Part shown: piece after piece, positions 57,373 to 64,000 of the stretch | Layout: each line of letters starts with the position of its first letter | Position numbering within the stretch: the first letter of the stretch is position 1 | Assembly (NCBI GenBank): GCA_964460615.1 | Contig: CAYWPX010000001.1 | Span: 188,132 to 252,131 of the forward strand | DNA: 64,000 nucleotides | Source of the DNA: an uncultured Planctomycetia bacterium | GTDB lineage: Bacteria; Omnitrophota; Gorgyraeia; CAYWPX01 | Direction: 5' to 3' | Notes under the pieces: generated by a model | What the model was told of the DNA's origin: nothing | What the model saw: the letters and a program-made list of their open reading frames with translations, nothing else | The model's database searches: none | Position numbers and translations under genes: made by a program

Positions 57373-59091
57373 ATGGCAAAAACACTTAAAGATAAAATAA
57401 TTGATTTATTAATTTCCAATAAGATCATAAAAAAAGATGATCTTGATAAGGCCGTAAAATTACAAAAAGACACCGGTCAAAAGCTGATTGATATTATTGT
57501 TGAGCAAGGTCTAGCTTCAAAGAACGATGTGATGTCGCTATTGAGCCAGGAGTTGGGTATCCCTCCGATAAATCTTTCTAAGTATAAAATAGATCCCATT
57601 GTTATTGAGAAGATCCCGGAGAGATTTGCCAAACAGTATAACCTGATCCCGATATCAAAAATCGGGAATATCCTTACAGTTGCCATGTCGGACCCTTTAA
57701 ATGTATTTGCAATAGATGATCTTAAGGCAATAACAAAACTAAAGATAGAGGTAGTCCTTTCCAATGAAAATGATATAAAAGATGCCGTTGCCAGTTATTA
57801 TGCTGAAAAAGAGTCACAGATAACAAAGATACTTGAAGAAGCAAAAAAGGATCAAGAGAATGTTGAGGTTGTTCAGGAATCAGGAGAGGATTTCGAACAG
57901 TATGCCAAGGAAGGGAAAGCTGCTCCGGTAGTAAAGATCGTCGATCTGATAATTGCTGAGGCTTTGAAAAAAAGAGCCAGCGATATTCATATCGAACCAA
58001 CCGAAAAAAATGTCCGAGTTAGATATAGAGTTGACGGTAATTTGCAGGAGTCCCTTACCATACCGAAGAAAAATCAAAATGCCGTCCTTGCCCGTCTAAA
58101 GATTATGTCAAAACTTGATATAACAGAGAACCGTTTGCCCCAGGACGGAAGGTTTAAGATCAAACTGGAAGATAAGGAGGTTGATTTTAGAGTTTCGATC
58201 CTTCCTTTGGCTTTTGGAGGAAAAGTTGTTCTTAGGATCCTGGATAAATCCAATCTAAGCATCGGCCTGGAGAGGCTTGGTTTTTTGCCGGGCCCGCTCA
58301 ATGTTTTTAAAGAAGCTCTCAAAAGGCCATATGGCATGATCCTTGTTACCGGGCCAACCGGAAGCGGGAAGTCTACAACTCTATATTCTATTATTACACA
58401 GCTGAACAAAACAGACCGGAATATCATTACCATTGAAGACCCGGTGGAATATCAGATAGAGGGTATTACCCAGATCGCCGCAAACCCGGATATCGGTTTA
58501 ACATTTGCAAGCGGCCTGAGGTCTCTTCTCAGGCAGAGCCCTGATGTAATAATGGTAGGCGAGATAAGAGATGCTGAGACAGCCGATATTGCTATAAAGG
58601 CATCATTGACCGGCGAACTTGTTCTTAGTACGCTGCATACAAATGATGCGCCAGGGGCTATAACTAGATTAATTGACATGGGTGTGGAGCCGTTTCTGAT
58701 CGCTTCAAGTCTCGTTATGACCTGCGCTCAGAGGCTTATCAGAAAAATTTGTCCCAGCTGTAAAGAGCCGTACAATGTGCCAAAAAGTGTTTTTGAAAGA
58801 ATGGGTTTCAGTAAAGAAGAGATGCTTAGGGTTAAAGATAAACAATTTTATCATGGCAAAGGTTGTGCAAAATGCCGTAATAGCGGTTATTATGGAAGGA
58901 TCGGGCTACTTGAGGCCTTATTAATCAATGATGAGATCCGAAATATGATCATTAAGCGAGTGCCATCAGATCAGATAAAGAGTTATGCCGTAACTCATGG
59001 GATGGAGACTTTGAGGGATTGCGGGATTAATAATTTTATACTTGGCAATACGACTTTAGAAGAAGTTTTAAGGGTGACCTCTGAAGAGTAG
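57373..59091 (+). CDS. pilB: Type IV pilus assembly ATPase PilB/GspE family (copy 2, tandem paralog).
   Basis: 572 aa. Same architecture. Walker A GPTGSGKST. Tetracysteine CPSC...CAKC. Confidence 0.9.
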   Translation: MAKTLKDKIIDLLISNKIIKKDDLDKAVKLQKDTGQKLIDIIVEQGLASKNDVMSLLSQELGIPPINLSKYKIDPIVIEKIPERFAKQYNLIPISKIGNILTVAMSDPLNVFAIDDLKAITKLKIEVVLSNENDIKDAVASYYAEKESQITKILEEAKKDQENVEVVQESGEDFEQYAKEGKAAPVVKIVDLIIAEALKKRASDIHIEPTEKNVRVRYRVDGNLQESLTIPKKNQNAVLARLKIMSKLDITENRLPQDGRFKIKLEDKEVDFRVSILPLAFGGKVVLRILDKSNLSIGLERLGFLPGPLNVFKEALKRPYGMILVTGPTGSGKSTTLYSIITQLNKTDRNIITIEDPVEYQIEGITQIAANPDIGLTFASGLRSLLRQSPDVIMVGEIRDAETADIAIKASLTGELVLSTLHTNDAPGAITRLIDMGVEPFLIASSLVMTCAQRLIRKICPSCKEPYNVPKSVFERMGFSKEEMLRVKDKQFYHGKGCAKCRNSGYYGRIGLLEALLINDEIRNMIIKRVPSDQIKSYAVTHGMETLRDCGINNFILGNTTLEEVLRVTSEE

Positions 59092-59129
59092 CGTATACAA
59101 GTTTTTTAAATGTTAATGGGAGCAGATAA

Positions 59130-60341
59130 ATGACAAATTTTAAATATGTGGCAAAAACACCGGAAGGTAAAACAGTTACAGAAGCGATAAATCTTCCTGA
59201 TAGAACTGCAGTTGTTAATGCTTTAAGGGTAAAAGGTTTTTTTATTATTTCCATCGAAGAGATCAGGGATAAAAGTAAAGAATCATTAGGTATTTTCAAG
59301 AAAAAGATCAAACTCGATGATCTGGTGATATTTTCCAGGCAGTTGGCTACCATGGTCGATGCCGGCATACCTTTAGTTGGTGCTCTGGATATTTTGGCTG
59401 ATCAGCTTGAGAATCCCAGCTTTAGGACGGTTATTTATAATGTAAAGGAGAGGATAGAGACCGGCTCAAGCTTATCCGAAGCTTTAAATAAACATCCAAA
59501 AGTCTTTTCGCCGCTTTTTATAAATATGGTTAAAGCTGGTGAGTCAAGCGGTATGTTGGACGATATTTTAGAAAGATTGGCTACATATCTGGAGAAGGCT
59601 AATTCGCTCCAGAGAAAAGTTAAGTCAGCCCTTATTTATCCGGCTGTTATAACAGTTATGGCCATAGGTATTACAGCGCTTCTATTACTAAAGGTCATAC
59701 CTGTATTTAAAAATATATTCTCAGGTTTTGGAGCAGCGCTACCCAAGCCGACTCAGATACTTATTAATGTAAGCGATGGACTGATTAAATATTTCCCATT
59801 TGTAGTTTTGGCGATCGGCGGCCTGATATTTCTATTTATCAGCTATATTAAGACCGAAAAAGGAAGAACGGTTTTTGACGGGGCCTTGCTGAAAATGCCG
59901 ATCTTCGGGGTCTTGATGCAGAAGGTTGCTGTCAGTAAATTTTCAAGGACTTTATCTACATTAGTAAAAAGCGGAGTTCCGATATTAAGTTCTTTAGAGA
60001 TAGTTGGGAAGACCGCAGGAAATAAAATTATTGAGAATGCCATAAAAAAGGTTCATTCGAGCATAAAGGAGGGTGAAAATATTGCCGAACCTCTTTCGAA
60101 GAGTAAGGTATTTCCATCTATGGTGGTAAGGATGGTTGCTGTCGGAGAACAGACCGGAGAATTGGAGAAAATGCTTTCTAAGATCGCTGATTTTTATGAT
60201 GAGCAGGTAGATGCAGCTGTGAGCGGCCTTACCAGCCTTATGGAACCATTGATCATAGCTTTTTTGGGGATCGTTATCGGAACGGTAGTAATTTGTATGT
60301 TCCTTCCTATTTTTAAGATATCCAGCATTATTAACATGTAG
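59130..60341 (+). CDS. pilC: Type IV pilus inner-membrane platform protein PilC/GspF.
   Basis: 403 aa with two GspF repeats and three TM segments. Confidence 0.9.
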   Translation: MTNFKYVAKTPEGKTVTEAINLPDRTAVVNALRVKGFFIISIEEIRDKSKESLGIFKKKIKLDDLVIFSRQLATMVDAGIPLVGALDILADQLENPSFRTVIYNVKERIETGSSLSEALNKHPKVFSPLFINMVKAGESSGMLDDILERLATYLEKANSLQRKVKSALIYPAVITVMAIGITALLLLKVIPVFKNIFSGFGAALPKPTQILINVSDGLIKYFPFVVLAIGGLIFLFISYIKTEKGRTVFDGALLKMPIFGVLMQKVAVSKFSRTLSTLVKSGVPILSSLEIVGKTAGNKIIENAIKKVHSSIKEGENIAEPLSKSKVFPSMVVRMVAVGEQTGELEKMLSKIADFYDEQVDAAVSGLTSLMEPLIIAFLGIVIGTVVICMFLPIFKISSIINM

Positions 60342-60361
60342 AATAGCAAAGGATAGATACA

Positions 60362-60742
60362 ATGCATTTACTTAGAGATCAAGATGCTAATGTAGGAGAA
60401 TTTAGTAATAGCCGTCTTATTATGGCGTTTACTTTGACTGAAATAATGATAGTTGTCGCTATAATAGGCCTTTTAGCCGCTATAGCTATACCAAACTTTG
60501 CTAAAGCAAGAACTACAGCTCAAATGAACACTTGTTATAATAATCTAAGGCAGATCGAATCTGCTAAAGACCAATTAGCTATAGAGATTAAAAAGACAAC
60601 GGGGGATACGGTTGATACCGATGATATAGGTGAATATATTAAAGGCGGCTTTCCTAGTTGTCCGGCAGGGGGTACTTATGATGTTGGTGTCATAGGGACA
60701 AACGCATCCTGCTCGATTCATGGGGAAATTCCTACTCAATAA
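60362..60742 (+). CDS. Type IV pilin / pseudopilin with a prepilin N-terminal cleavage/methylation domain (paralog 1).
   Basis: [25 protein letters not shown] class-III signal with Glu+5. C-terminal Cys pair (CPAGG...CSIHG). Start ambiguous: 60362 has the Shine-Dalgarno aaggat and gives a 21-aa leader; the ATG at 60422 gives a 1-aa leader. Confidence 0.8.
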   Translation: MHLLRDQDANVGEFSNSRLIMAFTLTEIMIVVAIIGLLAAIAIPNFAKARTTAQMNTCYNNLRQIESAKDQLAIEIKKTTGDTVDTDDIGEYIKGGFPSCPAGGTYDVGVIGTNASCSIHGEIPTQ

Positions 60743-60974
60743 AAGCTTACAATTCATTTATTAACATTACTTAACTTATTTAAAATAAAAAGTTTACGTA
60801 TAAAATTAAATTAAATAGTCAGCTACTCTTGATTTTTACTGAATATATGGTATACTTACAAGTAGATCTATAAAGTCAGTATTTGCCTAGGATGCAGGGG
60901 ATTTATAATAACTACTCTGCACTTATAGGTATGACACTAGATCAAAGAACTTCCCAAATAAGGACGAAAGGAGG

Positions 60975-61319
60975 ATGATTAAGATGATCAGAAATAAAAA
61001 AGCGTTTACGCTCGTAGAAATCATGATAGTTGTCGCAATTATAGGTTTATTAGCGGCCATAGCGATACCGAATTTCGTAAAGGCCAGAACAACTGCGCAG
61101 ACAAATGCTTGCTATAATAATATGAGGCAGATCGAATCTGCAAAGGACCAGTGGGCCATAGAACAGAAAAAGACCACAGGTGATACCGTAGCGGATACAG
61201 ATGTAGCGCCTTATATTAAAGGCGGATATCCTACATGTCCGGCAAGCGGATCATATACAATAGGTACAATAGGTACCAATGTATCTTGTTCTGTACATGG
61301 AGCACTGCCGACATCATAA
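60975..61319 (+). CDS. Type IV pilin / pseudopilin (paralog 2).
   Basis: Shine-Dalgarno GGAGG, leader [10 protein letters not shown], then [24 protein letters not shown]. It is 60-70% identical to paralog 1 through the conserved core and has a C-terminal Cys pair. Confidence 0.85.
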   Translation: MIKMIRNKKAFTLVEIMIVVAIIGLLAAIAIPNFVKARTTAQTNACYNNMRQIESAKDQWAIEQKKTTGDTVADTDVAPYIKGGYPTCPASGSYTIGTIGTNVSCSVHGALPTS

Positions 61320-61336
61320 ACTATTATGATCAACTG

Positions 61337-61372
61337 ATAGCGGCCTTTTGAAGAAGGCCGCTATTTTTTTTG
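61337..61372 (+). terminator. Rho-independent terminator after pilin paralog 2.
   Basis: atagcggcctt-ttgaag-aaggccgctat (11-bp stem) followed by TTTTTTTT. Confidence 0.85.
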
Positions 61373-61498
61373 CCTGAAATCTAAAAAATTTATGTGATAG
61401 CCTTTATTAGATTAATTTCTCTTGACTCATATATAATATTAATTATAATATAATATATAATACGTGTTGCCAAAAAACTGAATGAGATAATAATTATC

Positions 61499-61894
61499 TT
61501 GAATAATAGATCAATAAATAATTTTGTTTCAAGATGTTCCAATCATATAGTTTCTCCTGCCTTTACAATCGTTGAAATATTAATTGTTGTAGCGATTATA
61601 GGAATACTGTCAACTATGGCTATCCCTCAATTTTTTAAAGCACGCATGGCTACTAAAACAAATATATGTGTTAACAATCTTCGCCAGATTGATGCCGCAA
61701 TAGACCGCTGGGTCTTTGAGCACGATTATCCTGAAGGGACGACCTTGGGCTCAATCCAAGAAGAGGAAATGTATTCATATATTACCGGGGGGAAACCTCT
61801 TTGTCCGGCCGGCGGGACGTATACCATAGGAGTTATCGGTACGCACCCTCAGGTGACTTGTACGGTTGAAGGGCATGTTATACAAAATGAATAG
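61499..61894 (+). CDS. Prepilin-type N-terminal domain protein (paralog 3, minor pilin-like).
   Basis: TTG start. FTIVEILIVVAIIGILSTMAIPQF with NNLRQI...W, and a C-terminal Cys pair (CPAGG...CTVEG). The leader is long and the start is uncertain. Confidence 0.7.
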   Translation: MNNRSINNFVSRCSNHIVSPAFTIVEILIVVAIIGILSTMAIPQFFKARMATKTNICVNNLRQIDAAIDRWVFEHDYPEGTTLGSIQEEEMYSYITGGKPLCPAGGTYTIGVIGTHPQVTCTVEGHVIQNE

Positions 61895-61900
61895 GTTTTT

Positions 61901-62917
61901 ATGATTAATAAAACAAAAGGCTTTATTTCTTATGGATTAGATATTGGCTCTACATCCGTAAAGGGGGTCAAGTTGCTTTCTGGCCCGGATGGTTATGAGT
62001 TGCTCGGGGCATCTGTATCCCCGATAAAAAACCCTAATTCAAGGGAAGAGGTATTAAATTCTATTAAGTCGGTTTCAAAAGATATTAATATTGAAGATAA
62101 GATGGTCAATATATCGGTTTTAGGTAATAATGTTGTGGTCAGATATATTACTTTGCCTAAGATGTCCAAAGATGAATTAAAGAACGCCATTAAATTCGAA
62201 GCCGAGAAATATGTGCCGTTCAATATGGATGATGTAGTGTTGGATTATCAGATATTCGATGAAAATTTTGAACCCAATAAAATGTTTGTGTTATTGGTGG
62301 TTGCTAAAAAAGATATTATTGATTATCGTATCAAATTATTGGACGATGTAGACCTTAATCCCAGGATCATAGATGTAGATTCTTTTGCCCTAGCGAATGC
62401 TTTTATTAAAAATTCATATGTCTCTGATAAGAATAAGAGCGTTGCTTTAGTTCATATAGGCGCAAAATTCACTGAGATTAACGTGATCTATAATGATCTG
62501 ACTTATTTTACCAGGACCGTTGAATTGGGCGGGGAGGATATTACAAAACAGATAGCCAATTTTAGCGGGATAAACCACAATGAGGCTAATTCAGTAAAGA
62601 TACATTTGACGCAGGCCAAAGAGCTGGAAGTATACGATATCTTAAAGAACTTATTGAATACCCTTATTGACGAAATTAAGCTTTCTTTGGGCTATTATGA
62701 GAATCAATTCGGCAGGGATATTGACTATGTCTATATTTCCGGAGGGGCTACTAATTTTAAAGGTTTGATCGATTTTTTGAAGAAAAATCTAAACTTAGAA
62801 TTGCTTCAATGGGATCCGCTGAAATTCCTAAAAATTTCCGATCTCTTAAATAAAAGTCATCTGGATCTGATAAAAAATGATTTAGGGGTAAGTATAGGGC
62901 TGGGGATTAGAGAATAA
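61901..62917 (+). CDS. pilM: Type IV pilus assembly protein PilM.
   Basis: 338 aa with an actin-like fold (YGLDIGSTSVKG, ALVHIGAKFTEINV, YISGGATNFKGL). Confidence 0.85.
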   Translation: MINKTKGFISYGLDIGSTSVKGVKLLSGPDGYELLGASVSPIKNPNSREEVLNSIKSVSKDINIEDKMVNISVLGNNVVVRYITLPKMSKDELKNAIKFEAEKYVPFNMDDVVLDYQIFDENFEPNKMFVLLVVAKKDIIDYRIKLLDDVDLNPRIIDVDSFALANAFIKNSYVSDKNKSVALVHIGAKFTEINVIYNDLTYFTRTVELGGEDITKQIANFSGINHNEANSVKIHLTQAKELEVYDILKNLLNTLIDEIKLSLGYYENQFGRDIDYVYISGGATNFKGLIDFLKKNLNLELLQWDPLKFLKISDLLNKSHLDLIKNDLGVSIGLGIRE

Positions 62918-62918
62918 A

Positions 62919-63560
62919 ATGATAACCATTAACTTGCTACCAGAAGAGTTTAAAAGAAAGGTTAAAAAAAGGAGTACCACTGTCCCCAAGATGCCTGTTG
63001 GGCCCATATTTGTGATCTTTATGGGGTCTATTGTAGGTATTTATTTATTTTTTGTCTTATTCATTTTGGCTGAGAATTTAGCTCTTAAATCCTTACAATC
63101 TCAGTGGAATAAAATCCTGCCGGTTAAAAAAGATGTAGATCTTATCAAGAACAAGATCACGGAGATCAATAATAAAATAGTCCTTTTTAACAAGCTTAGC
63201 AAAGATAGAGCTCTATGGTCTAAAAGATTGAATGCGCTCTCCGACTCCATGATACCGGGTGTTTGGTTAAGAAGGATATATCAGAGCGAAAGGACAGTCC
63301 AGTCATCAAAAGAAAAAGGTCAGGGTAAGAATAAAAAAGTCGTTGAGGAAAAAAAGCTGATCAAATATATGGTTATTGAGGGGTCATGTATCGCCAAAAA
63401 CCATGATGAGACGGCTATTGTGGGCAAATTTATCAAAAGCCTTAAATCCAATGCTGATTTTTTCGGCGATTTTAGTGATATAGAGCTTGGGACTATGCAG
63501 AGTTCCAGGCAGGACAATGCTGAGGTTTTTGATTTTGAATTGACCTGTTATTATAAATAG
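62919..63560 (+). CDS. pilN: Type IV pilus assembly protein PilN.
   Basis: 213 aa. INLLPEE N-terminus, one TM, coiled-coil. Canonical position after pilM. Confidence 0.75.
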   Translation: MITINLLPEEFKRKVKKRSTTVPKMPVGPIFVIFMGSIVGIYLFFVLFILAENLALKSLQSQWNKILPVKKDVDLIKNKITEINNKIVLFNKLSKDRALWSKRLNALSDSMIPGVWLRRIYQSERTVQSSKEKGQGKNKKVVEEKKLIKYMVIEGSCIAKNHDETAIVGKFIKSLKSNADFFGDFSDIELGTMQSSRQDNAEVFDFELTCYYK

Positions 63561-63596
63561 AATATGTTTGAAGGCAAATTGAAGCTTAGGTGAAAA

Positions 63597-64000
63597 ATGG
63601 ATCTATCAAAGTTTAAGAACATCGATATCAATGCTTTAAGACAGCTTGATCTGAGCGTAATATTTTCTAAAGACAATAAAAATCTTCCGTTTGTTGTTAT
63701 AGGGATAGTTATTTTCTTATTTATATATAAATTTGTTTTTATTGGGCCTGCTATCGGTACGTTATCCAAGCTTATTCCGCAGGCTTCAAATATCGGTTCT
63801 CAGATATCCGCTGCAAAAAAAGATATAAATAATAAAAATAATTTTATGAAAGAATTAGACGGCCTCCAAGAAAAGATCAATACTTATAAAGTCAAGCTTC
63901 CAGAAGAAAAGGAAATCCCTTCCATTCTTGAAAGCCTTTCCGATATTGCTAAAGACTCTGATCTGAAAATTGATATGATAGATCTCAAGAAAGATACTTT
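63597..64000 (+). CDS. pilO: PilO-like pilus assembly protein. The 3' end is cut by the window edge.
   Basis: Open frame from the ATG at 63597 (Shine-Dalgarno aggtga) to the window edge. One TM (FVVIGIVIFLFIY), coiled-coil, and an LPEEKEIPSILESLSDIA motif typical of PilO. It is absent from the ORF track because no stop codon lies inside the window. Confidence 0.55.
   Translation, partial: MDLSKFKNIDINALRQLDLSVIFSKDNKNLPFVVIGIVIFLFIYKFVFIGPAIGTLSKLIPQASNIGSQISAAKKDINNKNNFMKELDGLQEKINTYKVKLPEEKEIPSILESLSDIAKDSDLKIDMIDLKKDT

Overview
This 64-kb window is AT-rich (roughly 38% GC) and looks like a core chromosomal region of a bacterium, probably from an uncultivated lineage. Every supported gene and RNA lies on the + strand. 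The pilins have DUF1559-like N-termini as in PVC-group, Omnitrophota or Elusimicrobia-type genomes, but the lineage cannot be fixed from the sequence alone.

Gene content, in order:
- uvrA, truncated at the 5' window edge.
- A secreted TPR protein followed by MotA/ExbB and ExbD.
- An accessory-looking block: four small hypothetical genes, CutA, a stand-alone LigD 3'-phosphoesterase domain protein, a SagB-type nitroreductase and a small GIY-YIG nuclease. It ends at a tRNA-Ala(CGC) gene followed by a 64-nt copy of the tRNA 3' end and a cluster of CCCGAC hairpins.
- A Memo/AMMECR1 fusion, rsmE, a thioredoxin-fold protein, an MtaB-like radical SAM enzyme, cvpA, nif3, then dnaG and rpoD.
- tRNA-Met and tRNA-Val, a COG1579 zinc-ribbon protein, RNase HI and RNase P RNA (rnpB).
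- A division and cell-wall (dcw) cluster from mraZ to ftsA: mraZ, rsmH, ftsL, ftsI, murE, murF, mraY, murD, ftsW, murG, murC, murB, ddl, ftsQ, ftsA. No ftsZ follows ftsA.
- yggS, proC, yggT, yggU, MTA phosphorylase, ileS, a DksA-like protein, lspA, lgt, rluD.
- mreB, mreC, mreD, PBP2, rodA and a TIGR03960-type radical SAM protein.
- A type IV pilus cluster: pilT, a stand-alone MshEN-like domain protein, two tandem pilB paralogs, pilC, three pilin paralogs, pilM, pilN and a partial pilO at the window edge.

I found no rRNA, CRISPR array, transposase or integrase.

The findings I would look at first:
- A family of structured intergenic palindromic repeat elements at three operon ends.
- Nine tandem octamer repeats upstream of the TPR gene.
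- A textbook stand-alone MshEN (c-di-GMP receptor-type) domain inside the pilus locus.
- An AAAGTGG x3 MraZ-box array downstream of a consensus promoter.
- An apparently secreted Memo-AMMECR1 fusion.
- The missing ftsZ.
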